From Macrostomum hystrix (taxonomy: Eukaryota > Animalia > Platyhelminthes): 64,000 nucleotides of DNA. Numbering within the stretch: the first letter of the stretch is position 1; each line of letters begins with the position of its first letter. The notes under the pieces are model-generated. The model saw only the letters and a program-made list of their open reading frames with translations, was not told where the DNA came from and did not search any database. Of this stretch, positions 47,894 to 60,900 are shown piece by piece. Both the position numbers and the translations under genes were made by a program. The DNA is taken from NCBI GenBank assembly GCA_950097015.1, contig CATNEN010000029.1, positions 1,798,001-1,862,000 of the forward strand, read 5' to 3'.

Positions 47894-50227
47894 GGCTAGA
47901 TTATGCTGGCTGCAATCGACAAGTTCATATATATTATACTACTACTAATAGTACATATACATTTTCACTTGGTTCTGTGCTAAACCATTTATGAAGTGTT
48001 ATATGTCCAAAAAGTGAAATAAATATATTAAAATCACAACAATTTGCTGCATCACTTTTATACAAAGATGACCTAGGAATCACCTAGCTTTTTTAATTAT
48101 AAATCAAAATCATCATTGGATACACATTGGGTATGTTATTAATATTGAAGTATGCATGCCAATTGGGTTCTGTTTTTTGTTATTAATGGGCAAAGAATAC
48201 TTCATTCAGATAAAAATCGCGAATTCACATTTTAAACAGCACAATTCAAATCCAAATTCATCACACAATATGACAGGGAAACCACTGAAGGTCTAGCAAA
48301 GTTAATAATTAAGATTTCAATAATCAGAGATTAGCTGCCATGAGGTCTTAGCAACCAACAACAAATTCAAGTTGTTTCAATGCTTTACAAACAATTGTCA
48401 CCATGCATATTTTGCTTGGTATTTACGTAATAGCTTGCATGTTCACAACACATCATTAATTATTCACTTGAATTTTTGTCAATAAATTCAACAGAAAATA
48501 AATACGAAAATATGTAAATTAGCATCCACTAGAGATGTGAGCTTCATAATACAAAAAATGTATACTTAATAATTTACAATTTAATAATGGGAATGCTAAG
48601 TTAAACCAAAAGACATAGATATGATTAGTTTATATACACAACCAATAAACATGTGTAAATGTGACCAACTACCACCATATGAGATAACTGAAGCAATTGC
48701 TAGGCTTATTTAAAAACCTAATAATTGTTACCAGACTTTTAGTGATATAGCCTAAATGGGCAACATTGCAGTTTGCCTTGTATATTTATTTTTAACTTTG
48801 AAAATGAATGAGCATAATATGTGGAAAAACAAAACACAAATGGCAAGCATTCTAGGCAGTTATTACCTTAGATACAACACAAAAATTGTCTGCAGCAATG
48901 TATAATGACCAATCTAGTAGAGTCTAAAGAATTTAACAAAACATTTTGGGGTATAGCCTCCATGGGAAATCTTCTAGATGACACTTAAATAGAGCATTAG
49001 ATATGCTATGCATGCTCTAGAATTTTCACTTTCCATTGGTCAGTCATCCCTTTAAACATGTTCTCTTGGTTTTGGCCTTAGAAAAACAATGTAGCATAAC
49101 TAGTTGACTCAAACTCAGACTCAATGTGATGTAAGTACTTATTAAAAAATAATAATTAGCTATGCGAAACAAACTGCAACATTGCCCCTGAATGTGTAAT
49201 TTTATGCTTTCATGTCAAAATGGCCAAAAATCAAAACAGCCACCTGACATAAAAGACTTGCCCATACATCAAAAGGGCCACAGAGAATACAAAAACTTAT
49301 ACAACTTAATCTCTAAGCTTTAATTATTAATTAGCAAGACAGTGGATAATAAGTTATCTAAAACATCATAATGTTTATTCACTTTAAGCCTCACTTTTGG
49401 GAATTTCTAGAACTAGACTATACTAATAAACTAATTCTTTGGAGCATACATTTTTCCTAACTACATTTTTTCTGTCACCATTTGGATGTAGCCCAGCAGG
49501 GGCATCATCATTTAAAGCAAAAAATATATGTTAAAAAAGAATTCTAGCTCCATGGGTTCCTTTCAATTGAATCTAGGTCAATTTTTGTATTAAAATTTTA
49601 GCTAGCTGAGCTTTACATGCATACATGCGCAACACCCAGCCGATACAGCCGGGTGAAACGAGGGCCAAGCAAGGTAAGTCGCAAAGGGGGACCAAGGGAC
49701 AAAAAAGGAAAGTGTGAAGAAAAGGAAAAAGGGGAGAGAAAAAGAGAGCAAATGAGAGCAAAAACTAAGTTGCATGGCTGGCTAAGATTTGGGAGGTTGT
49801 GCATGTATGTTTACATGTGGCCACTATGTAATTTTGCATTGTGGATTCGTTTTTATGTGCAGCTACCATTGTTTCATGTAAGTAACATATCATAAGTACT
49901 ATATTATATGGTAGTTATTATTTCTCCGGTTTCTAACTGGACAAATAACAACTGCCATATTATATTATTAGGGCAAAAGCACAGCTAGGGCTGAGCTAGA
50001 GCACAAATATATAGACCTAGGCCCTATCTGATTTTAGTATTTGATTGCATGCTTCGTAAAAACATGGTAGGCCTAATAGCAATTGCCAATTAAATAATTG
50101 TTTGGCATTAGCTAAGCCTATTGTTCAGAAGAACTTTAGAAAACAATTCTAGCTTGTGGATTTTTTGCTTTAGGTGTAGCTTAGAAATAGTATCTGTAAA
50201 AATGCTATCGTATTTGATTTCGATTTT

Positions 50228-50291
50228 TTTGTTGTTAAGAGGTTTGGGTCTAAGACCCGCGGGTCAGCCCTGGGAGGGGCTCTTCCGCTGT
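50228..50291 (-). mobile_element. 64-bp retroposed fragment flanked by 17-bp direct repeats
   Basis: TATTTGATTTCGATTTT occurs at 50211-50227 and 50292-50308; the insert ends in an A-rich run on the minus strand. Confidence 0.6.
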
Positions 50292-51671
50292 TATTTGATT
50301 TCGATTTTAAATCCTTTAAATTTTATTCGTGTAAATAATTAAGCAGTTCGTAAAATAGGCGCTTCTGTCACAGCATCACTATCACCTCATATTTCGCAAT
50401 TTACAGGGCCCTAGCCTAGTGATAGTTAAAAAACTCATGCAATGCTACATGCAGGTACTTTTAAATATCAAGTGCAAATAAAATATGCTCGTCTGTAGTC
50501 TGTCATTAAGTCCCAAGAAAATGTGCGAAGCATAGCCAAGGAGGATTACTTTACTTCCTGAGTTAGATTCCCTGAGTAGCGCAGCGGAGGATGCTAATGT
50601 AGTGCGGCTGGAAATCTTCTGTTAAAACTGCGCTAAATATTTAATTGTTGCTATACAGTAACTATAGCAGTTGCAAATAACATTATTATGTTATTAATTT
50701 CTACTTTTATGACCCTTGAAAATAATGCAAATATTAATTATAAATTATTTTAATCGTTGTCTAATTAAAATATAATCGCACCAGTTTGAAAAGCGCGCTG
50801 CAATCGAGTGTAAGTGTAAGGCGCGGCGCGGCGTGTAAACTGAAGACGTTAAAGTGCGGTAGTAAAACTGTTCAAATTTGCGGCCTTCAAACCCAGTTAT
50901 ACTACACTAATAAAATTGAAACGAATACAATTTGACGTGCTTGATCTTCTTAGAAATTAAAGACAAATTATGAATATATTGCTATGTCTTTACAAGTAAA
51001 TTACTTATTCATTTATTTTATTGAGTAACAAAATATCGAATTGTCTTTGGTGAGTTTTTTATATTAATAGTTTGTTTTTCTGTGTAGTTTGCCAACATTT
51101 GAAATGAAGTTGAACTGACATACAAGTTCTGCGAGTAAGTAATGTTCTTTATTTTATTTTATAAATGCTCTTTTGAGTGCTTTTGCTAATATAGGGTACA
51201 TGTGCGTCATCGTCTCTTATCATGTATTCATTCATTTAGATTGTCTCTGATGATCCTGTTCGCGGCCTCCATGCTGGTTACACGTGACTGCATGATTCAG
51301 TCGGTAATTTTCTAATTTGCTGAGACTTAGAATTAGATGAGCAAAACTCATCCCTGACATTTCAGGGGCTAGTAGCTGGCTTAGGCGTATAGTAGGACTG
51401 CAGTGAGATAATTCACAGTGAGAGCAGTGTGAAAGCTTTCAAATCAAATCGGGCAATAAAGCTAATAAGCTCTGACTTGGGTGAACGCTATGCAAGTCTT
51501 AATTAGTTCTTGTGGAAATTGAAAGAAAGCTCCGAACTGTCACATCGAGCCTTTATATAGCACCATGTACCGTTATTCAATTGATTTATTCTCACAGCTA
51601 TAATTTATGTTTCCCATCAGTCCAATATAGCTGAATAACAGAAAAATATTCCCCAACATAAGTAACTGTGT

Positions 51672-54600
51672 TTAGGCAAAGTCCCTCCGGATGAGGTCGA
51701 TAATCCGGCTCATGAGGTCGCTCAGCATTTGGTTCAATAGCTGCTTGTTGGCCTCAGCAATGCCTACCAGATTGTTGGCGATAAGGTGCAGGATGGTGCG
51801 CACATTCTCCATCAGGTCTCGGCCAGCGATGCCAATCTGGATGAAGATCTCTACAATCTTGGCGATTGGCACAGCCAGAACTTCAGCCAAGGCGTCCACC
51901 GCCCGGCGGATGAGCTCGGCGGCTTGACCAACCTGGTTCTCAATGTCTTTGCGCAAGTTGTCAAGCACCTGCGTGATGGAGACAGAAAGGGTTTTTCCAG
52001 ACGCTTGCAGAGGCAAGTGTGTCAGACACAATGACCTTGAGAGATGCCAGTCTATGACCTTGATAGATGCCAGTCTATGACCTTGAGAGATGCCAGTCTA
52101 TGACCTTGAGAGATGCCATTTTTATGACCCTGAGAGATACCAATCTGTGACCCTGAAAGACCCAATCTGTGACCCTGAAAGACCCCAATCTGTGACCCTG
52201 AGAGACGCCAATCTATGACCTTGAGAGATGCCAGTCTATGTCCTTGAGGGATGCCAGTTTATAACCTTGAGAGATACCAGTCTATGACTTTGAGAGATGC
52301 CATTTTATAACCCTGAGAGACGCCAATCTGTGACCCCGAGAGACGCCAATCTATGACCTTGAGAGCCACGCTCAATGACGCTAAGATTGATTGATACTGC
52401 AGTCTCAACGCTGAAATGACGTTCCACTCACCTGGTTGATTAGGTTAGTAATGGGACCCAGAATGCGGCCGATAATCTCAAGCAAGATTGAGAAATCCAA
52501 CGATTCGCGCGCCGCAACTTTGTCTCCGTCGATGACCTTAAGCAGGCCCGAGATCACGTAGCTTAGGATGCTCTTGAAAATGGCCTTGTTAGCCTCGTGA
52601 ATGCCTGAGACGCTGTCTGGTTGGTTAGGAACAACCTTTTTATTGGTTTCTGATCATTTTTTACAGATTTAATATTTTTACCAAGGTAGCAGGCAAGATT
52701 TTATGAGCTTCGAAGTATCAAAACTGTAGTTCGCATTTAAAAAAAATACCTAACCCTCACCAATGATAGCATCCAGGGCGCGCTTAATAGCCTTGGCAAC
52801 ATCGCCGATTTCGATGCCAATGTCGCTAAGGACGCCGATGATCTTGATGACTGGGTCGCGCAGAAGCAGGGTCAGCTCGTCGATTAGGCGCTGCACCTTC
52901 GCCTTGGCCTCGTCGGTCTTGTCCTCGATCAGCTGGCGGATCTGGTCCAGAATCTGTACGGGATGGACGGTAGTTTCAGTCTAAGAGAAGTGAACTTAAC
53001 TGGGGCTTTGGGACTGAGAAGTCTAGAGATAGATCATGTTAGTAGAACTTTGTTACCAGTTGAAGCATTGGTTTGTCTCAGACATCGAGTCTCGTAAGAC
53101 TCAGGAAATTATAGTTGACTGCCGAAGAGCGGAATTTCGACTAATGAGTCACGACGGGTCAGGTGAAAAGGAAGTGGGGTGGCTGCACAGGCAGTGGGGT
53201 GGCTGCATATGGGGTGGGTAGCTGCACAGGCAGTGGGGTGGCTGCATATGGGGTGGGTAGCTGCACAGGGAGTGAGGTGGCTTTACAGGGAGTGGGGTGG
53301 CTGCACAGGAAGTGGGGTCGCTGCACAGGAAGTGGGGTGGCTGCACAGGGATTGGGGTGGCTGCTGCAGCGAGAAGGTTGCCACATTGTAAGGACGTAAA
53401 TGAAGACTGACTAAAGCTTTCAAAGCCAACTTTTTAAAGTGATTCAAGGAAAGAAATTCTCTAATCCAGTTGTGTGCGATCTATGTGAAGGGCATGTGAA
53501 ATAGACATATAATAAAGTACGCAGTGAAAGGCTATGATATAGCAGGTAGCCAGGACTCACACTGTTGATCTTGTTAAGGATCGGCTGCACAATCCAACCA
53601 ATAATACGATCGATAATAAGGTATGCATCGCTGCGGCTGATGGACACAAGGTTAGCTTTGCCTTTGATCTTCGACACCAGGATGTCAGTGATCTTGTCGA
53701 TCAGGCGGGAAACAGTCTCCACACCGATGGAAGCGATCGAGCCGATGCCACCTGGAATAGATCCAAGTTTTAGATAAAAAAATATTCTGACAAGTCAGAA
53801 GCCTTGACCAATCAGAAGCATTGACCAATCAGAAGCCTTGACCCATCAGAAGCCTCGACCAATCAGAAGCTTTGACCAATCAGAAGCCTTGACCAATCAG
53901 AAGCCTTGACCAATCAGAAGCCTTGACCAATCAGAAGCCTTGACCAATCAGAAATTCTTGACCAATCAGAAGCCTTGACCAATCAGAAGCCTTGACCAAT
54001 CAGAAGCCTTGACCAATCAGAAGCCTTGACCAATCAGAAGCCTTGACCAATCAGAAGCCTTGACCAATCAGAAGCCTTGACCAATCAGAAGCCTTGACCA
54101 ATCAGAAGCCTTGACCAATCAGAAGCCTTGACCAATCAGAAGCCTTGACCAATCAGAAGCCTTGACCAATCAGAAGCCACAACCAATTGTCAGGGCTACC
54201 TATCGGATTTAAACGATTGGAGGTCACCGATCGGAGGTAACCGAAGCTCACCGATGATGGCAGCCACAGCCTGGCGCACAGCCGCCCGGAGCTGGGTGAT
54301 CTCTCCGTGCAGGTTGTTGGTAATGTCCAGGATTCTGATGACAAACGGCCGGATGAGCTCGGCGATGGCGTCGGCATAGTCCAGAATGTTATCTCCAATG
54401 ATTCCAATCTGGTCCACAAGAGAGTTGATCATGGACTGCACCTGCTTCTTAGCAAACTCGATGATCGGCGCGATCAGCTTGTCCTTGATGCCGCCTAGCA
54501 GCAGTGGTGAACTCGCATCAGTCAAGAGACGATGGAAGACCTCAAGCTCGCTGGCCGTTGGCAGCAGCTTGTCGACGATGTACTCAATCAGGGCCTTGAT

Positions 54601-55947
54601 GATCTCCTTGTTGGCATCGCCGATGACGCCAATGTAGTCTGCAGTGGATTAAGCGGACTACTGCTGTTTTGAAAGCTTCGAAAATTATTTTTTATAAATA
54701 ATTGGGAAAAGAGCTGCTGACCGAACAGAGCCTGCACAGCCATGCGGATTCGGTCGCGCAACTCGACGCCAGCGCCGATGATGTTGTTGATCTGATCCAG
54801 AATCCGGATGATGAAGGGCCGGATCAGCTCGAGGAGGCCGTCGATCAGCTGTTTGACATTTCCGATGATCAGGCCGCCCTGGTCTTTGATCGAGTTGATG
54901 ATGGAGTTGATTTGCTGCAATGCGAGGAGGGGCAGTTTGACACAGCTACTTTTGACACAGCTACTTTTGACACAGCTACTTTTGACACAGCTACTTTTGA
55001 CACAGCTACTTTTGACACAGCTACTTTTGACACAGCTACTTTTGACGCAGCTACTTTTGACGCAGCTACTAGTTGAAGTAGAATGATTCGAGTGTGATAA
55101 AAAAACAATCAGTGGATGTGCACTGAGCAAGTTTTGCCTTTTCTACTCACAGTCAGCAGCAGCTTCTTCAGCGGCCGCAGCAGGATGTCAATGATGCCAC
55201 TGATAAAGAAGCCGATTTCCTTCTGGTCGGTTTCTGGCAACAGTGCAAAAATTGGGGGTCATTGGTGAACGCTGACCTCTATGTTCCTGTAATCAATGGT
55301 CTTTATGACCCTCTATGGCCCGAGGGTAGAAACTCTATGGCCCGAGGGGTAGAAACTCTATGGCCCGAGGGGTAGAAACTCTATGGCCCGAGGGGTAGAA
55401 ACTCTATGGCCCGAGGGGTATAGAAACTTTATGGCCCGAGGGGTATAAACTCTATGGCCCGAGGAGAGGTAAAATCTAGGACCCGCGGGAGGAGAAATTT
55501 TAAGACCCAAATGAGAAATCGTCTGATACAAAGGAGAACTTCTATGATCCAAATAATAATTTCTATGACCCAAATAAGAACTTCTATGACCCAAAATAAG
55601 AACTTCTATGACCCAAACAAGAACTTGTACGACCCTAAGAAGCAGGGCCTCGATAACCAATGTCTACAGCTACGAACGAATCGACAAGCCGAAAAAATCA
55701 TTGGCTTTTTTAGAACAAAACTAAAATGACGATCGGTCATTGTCTATGGATTCTTCTTGCAGTCAGTCAGTGTTTGTTTCTACGAAGACATTTTGAATAG
55801 ACAATTCAAAATTCGACTAGCTTGTGTAAAACGGCACTTACTATCCACCTGACCGGTCTGGGAGTCGACCTCGACGGCCGAAACCGTTAGGGCGGCGAGC
55901 CCGACAGCTCCCAGAAGCAGTAGCAATAGCCACGATGACAGTCGCAT
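51672..55947 (-). CDS. Unrecognised secreted 540-aa protein with four Ile/Leu-rich amphipathic-helix repeats, 8 exons
   Basis: Exons 55947-55842, 55233-55151, 54914-54722, 54638-54252, 53751-53561, 52953-52761, 52604-52432, 51968-51672. All introns are GT..AG with consistent phases (1,0,1,1,0,1,0), giving 1623 nt of open frame. Signal peptide MRLSSWLLLLLLGAVGLAALTVSA. TATA-like TAAATATAA near 56028 and AATAAA at 51590-51585 on the minus strand. Confidence 0.9.
52033..52365 (+). repeat. 23-bp minisatellite (ATGACCTTGAGAGATGCCAGTCT), intron 7 of the amphipathic-repeat gene
   Basis: Visible. Confidence 0.9.
53170..53360 (+). repeat. 20-bp G-rich repeat (GTGGGGTGGCTGCACAGGAA), intron 5
   Basis: Visible. 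Confidence 0.88.
53800..54178 (+). repeat. 17-bp minisatellite (GAAGCCTTGACCAATCA) of tandem CCAAT boxes, intron 4
   Basis: Visible, about 22 copies. Confidence 0.95.
54935..55068 (+). repeat. 15-bp repeat (TTTGACACAGCTACT), intron 2
   Basis: Visible, about 9 copies. Confidence 0.93.
55310..55640 (+). repeat. Two adjacent short arrays (CTATGGCCCGAGGGGTAGAAACT; CTATGACCCAAATAAGAACTT), intron 1
   Basis: Visible. Confidence 0.88.
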
Positions 55948-56021
55948 TCTATAGTTGAATTTTAGCAGCTCGAGTTTTCAAATTCAGATTCAGCGCAGAT
56001 TAGAAATCAATGGCTGGCAGG

Positions 56022-56032
56022 ATTATATTTAA
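56022..56032 (-). promoter_or_regulatory. Candidate TATA box of the amphipathic-repeat gene
   Basis: Minus-strand TAAATATAA about 80 nt upstream of the ATG at 55947. Confidence 0.4.
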
Positions 56033-57931
56033 GAACTCAAATGCAGACAGCCAACAATTGCCAGTTGACTCTCGCCCTCAGCTCCCAGGCCTTGCTGCGC
56101 GTGCCAGCTGGCATTGTCCCAGTGAATTGTTGCGCGTGCCCTAAGCAACTGATAACAGCTCGGGCCATGGGTCCAAAGAGCGGAACCAACGCCAAGTTAA
56201 ATTGAATACAATAACTAAAAACCTGTTGTGAGAATCGGCAGAGAAGCATTGTGTCGTGCCATAATTCCGAAATGGCGAAGCAGCTAATTGATAAGCATGC
56301 AAGTTTTTTCTATTGAGTCCACGTGTTTTTACAACGTAGCCATGATACCCTTCTTAGTTTTTTGTGTTTCCATAAAAAATTATTATAAGAAAACTTAAAA
56401 ATCTGAACATAACTATAAATTTACCAACACAAGAATAGATGCTTTATCAACAGTAATGATAATATATCGCAATGGTCATTATATATTGGTTTGTTGCGCT
56501 AGTTACACTGACAGGTTAGTACAGGTCATAATAAAATTATTGATTAAGCTACAGACAGTTATGCTTAATAACTGCATTCAGAATTCGCCAAGTAAAGCCA
56601 GCAGACAAACGAAACAAGCAAAACAATAACAAAAGAGTAGATCATTAGATAAGTAAATTTTATTGTACTTCATAAATAAACACTGTTGGAATCGGCGAGT
56701 TAATTAGCTCATTCGCTCTTTTCAACTGCTTCTCCTAACCGCGGCGGGAATTCAACGGCATGAAGCAATTAAACAAATAAATATAACTACGCAACGAGAA
56801 AGGCGCGAGTTTAAAAATGGCGTCTTTGTATGTCATACGTTGCCGTTGAAAATGTAAGCTCAGAGTGTTGACGAGTTAAAAATTGTTCTTCGTAAAATGG
56901 CGATAATTGTTTCAGAATCTTCTGAAATTAGGAAATCTATTTATTGCCAACAATCGATACAGTTTATATTGTTCACATTTTATTGAACTGCCAATTAGCT
57001 TGCCATATAGTACTTTTGTAAACTTCCTGTCTATAGCCTTATCTTATTTCATAACTGATTTAAAATGAACATAGTATGTAGAGGACAATCATGAAACATG
57101 AAAAATGAGTAAAAACTACATAAACTACTAGAGTTACTTAAAACATCCCTTACAGCATCAGATTGGGTATGCAAAACAAAGAGCTTTTAAAAGCAACCAT
57201 TTTGTTTTATGACGTTTGATATAAAATATGTGTTGAAACGATTTTACGCTCGCATAATTATTGACGTAACACGGAGTAACGCTCGGCATGAGAATAACTA
57301 AGATAAATACACAACCCTTTGAAGCAGCAACTGCATTTTTAATCACTTTTGATTAATGCAAAGTGAGAGTTGCTGATATTATTAATACTTATCATCATGG
57401 AACACTTTGACTTGAAACTGTCTTTTGGTGATATTGCAAAGCCATAAAAAGTTTGATTTCCGCAATGAGTATGGACTGACAGCATCAATTGGTGCATTAC
57501 GTTGCAAATCCTTTGAACCTTATCAACTTTTATTGATTTTTGTTCACAGATAATTTGCCTTACAGTTAGCAAAACGAAAAAAAAAGTTGAAAGCAAAATA
57601 GCCATTCTAGTTGAAATCTGAAGCTGGTTTGTGCATCACACCTATACCTAAATCTGGACTTGGACGCCACAGACTCTTAAGTTAAGCTATTGAATGACTG
57701 ATCAGTGAGTCATCTCTCCAGGTTCAATAAAAATCTGTTAACTGATATAGCGGAGTGAGGTGGTGGGACAGGGCGTGAGGTGGATGTCGCGCCAGCCAAT
57801 CGGTGTTAAGCTAGTGTAACGGATAACTACTTTTCCTTTCCCAACGATGAATACTAAAATGGCAAAACCATTCAGCATGCCTCAGTTTTTAACAAAACTA
57901 AACAAAACTAACGTTTTTAACAGGATGAAAT

Positions 57932-60900
57932 TTACGCGGGATCTCGATAAACAACCAGAGTCAAGTCGCCGACCGCTGACTTCAGAACAGCCACCGCCTC
58001 CTCGTGGGTCACACTGTCGAAGGCGCGCCCATTGACAGCCTCGATTCTGTCGCCCCTGGCTAACCGGCCGCGAGCTAAGCCCGACTCGGCCACAGTTTTT
58101 ATGTAGATTGGAAAGTCGCCACATGGCGAGCCGACCCCGCCGACGATGCTGAAGCCGAGCGTTTGCTGGCCGGCCTGGCGGCTCAGTCGGATTGACAGGC
58201 GCCCAGTTGGCAGCTCCTCGTCGCTGCGGCGGAGCTCAAGCTGCACCGTCTGCGGCTCCGACGAGCTCAGCAGAGCCAGCGCATGCGACAACGGCCGACC
58301 CTCCACCGACTGGCCGTTCACTCTTAGCAACTCATCGTCCACCTGTACAGAAGGGTAAGTGTGTATAGTTGACATTTGGCAAGTTGAAATATAGTTGACA
58401 CTGTTTAGATACATTGTGTGTGGCTAGGAAGGACACCCAGCTGCTAAGACACCAGTCAAGAAAGACACCCAGCTGCTAAGACACCTGTCAACAAGGATAC
58501 CCAGCTGCTAACACACCAGTCAACAAGGACACCCAGCTGCTAAGACACCAGTCAGCAAGGATACCCAGCTGCTAACACACCAGTCAACAAGGATACCCAA
58601 ATGCTTAGACACCAGTCAACAAGGACACCCAGCTGCTAAGACACCTGTCAACAAGGATACCCAGCTGCTAACACACCTGTCAACAAGGATACCCAGCTGC
58701 TAACACACCAGTCAACAAGGACACCCAGCTGCTAAGACACCAGTCTAGGAGACCTAGCCTTCAAGACATCAGTCAAGAAGGACATCCAGCTGCTAAGACA
58801 CCATGCTAGGAGACCTAGCCTTCAAGACACCAGTCAAGAAGGACACCCAGCTGCTAAGACACCTGTCAACAAAGACACCCAGCTGCTAACACACCAGTCA
58901 AAAAGGACACCCAACTGCTAAGACACCTGTCAACAAGGACACCCAGCTGCTAACACACCAGTCAACAAGGACACCCAACTGCTAAGACACCTGTCAACAA
59001 GGACACCCAGCTGCTAACACACCAGTCAACAAGGACACCCAGCTGCTAAGACACCAGTCTAAGAGACCTAGCCTTCAAGACACCAGTCAAGAAGGACACC
59101 CAGTTGCTAAGATACCAGTCTAGGAGACCTAGCCTTCAAGACACCAGTCAAGAAGGACACCCAGTTGCTAAGACACCAGTCTAGGAGACCTAGCCTTCAA
59201 GACAGCAGTCAAGAAGGACACCAGCTGCTAAGACACCAGTCTAGGAGACCTAGCATTCAAGACAGCAGTCAAGAAGGACACCAGCTGCTAAGATACCAGT
59301 CTAGGAGACCTAGCCTTGAAGACACCAGTACAGAAGGACATGTTCAACCAGCTAGAAAATCTACTAACCCGAATTTTCCCACACTTTGCCGCCGGTCCTT
59401 TTGGCGTCAGCCGCTCAACGAAGGCACCGCCGCAGATGACCTCGGAGGAGACGGCAGTTCCTGGTGGCAACAGTTGAACTGCAGGACTGCCAGCCAGCTG
59501 GAGGCCGAGGCCAGTGCGATCGGCTTGGCTAGAAGGGCCGCGCTTCAGGTGCACTTCATACACCGAAGAATTCACTGCCAGGTGAAAGTTTAGAAGGCGA
59601 ATGAATGAGTCTGCTTGAGTATGTTAATTCAAAATGGGTGTTAAAACCATGGGAACTAAAAAAGTGTGGGAAAATCTGATAGACGATTAAAAATTGGTTC
59701 ATTTTATGCGTGTTAGTTGAATGGGAATTTAAAATGGATTATTATTACAAATTTGCTTCCTAATATTATTACTCATTAGTTAAATGCAGCTACACAACAC
59801 GGCGGGACAAATAGTTCTGTCATCAATAGAATGAGCCCTCTATGCATTTGGGTTGAGCACAGCCAATTCTGTGCTCACTGGCTGAGGGATATGCAAGCCT
59901 TCACAGAGAGCTGACAGCTGCTGTTTTTTGTTAAAAATAATAAATTGACGGAAGAAGCGTCAGAATTTGTTTCGAACACGCGATTAACACATAATTCACG
60001 CGCTACGAATCCGCTTGTACTTTGCAAAATACGCAACACTTCAAAGGTAAAAAAAGAAACAAGAAACGTTTGCCAACAAAAGGGCTTTTTAGTGGAATAA
60101 AAGCAACAAGGGCGAATTGTGCAGAAATGCTGCAAGCAGGGGTGGGTTGGGGCTAATGTAAGCCGAGCCTGAACCAGCTGATAGAGCAAACGTTACAGCA
60201 GCTGCTTGAGCAATGCCTTCTGCGTTTGCGCACTTCTGGTAGGGATAGAAATATGGTCGGTGGGTGAAGCAAATACTTTGAGCACTTTGGCGCCCACTCG
60301 GATTGGTCAGCCATCTCATCCCCGACGTCCACCTCACTCCTGACACCCATCTCACACCTGAAGTCCACCTCACTCCCGACACTCACCCCACTTTGAACAC
60401 CCTCCTCACTCCCGACACCCTCCTCACTCCCGACACCCACCTCGCTGCCCACACCCACCTCACTCCCGAAAACAACCTCACTCCGGACAACCACCTCACT
60501 CCCGAACTTTGACACGAGAACAATAAACTCCAGAATCAAGAATTCTGTGAAATTAGTGTAAAAATCTATTTGCTATACAAGTGTACAAACTCTGAACCAA
60601 CTATAATACGAGCGTAAGAGCATAATCAATAGTGCTTAGCACACTACAAGGATAGATATTCCGCGTTTCAGTAACAGCGCCACCCTCCAAAAGAACTCAA
60701 GCAAGCACTCAAAAAACATAAGCTCACGAGCTACACAGGAAAATAAAGAAGGTTAAAACCAGGCAACGGAGTGCAAGCGCTAGGCAGGTCCAGTGCACAG
60801 ATACGGAGGATTTTGGCACAACACAAGCAACCCTTGAACGAAAAAGACACGTAGAGAGCCACAACAGAGGCGCAATACAGAAAAGCTATAGACAAGATAG

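Noticed and set aside
57339-57605. Minus-strand ORF beginning with a signal-like MAILLSTFFFVLLT
   Set aside because: AT-rich, unlike the GC-rich exons of the supported genes, with no consistent downstream exons.
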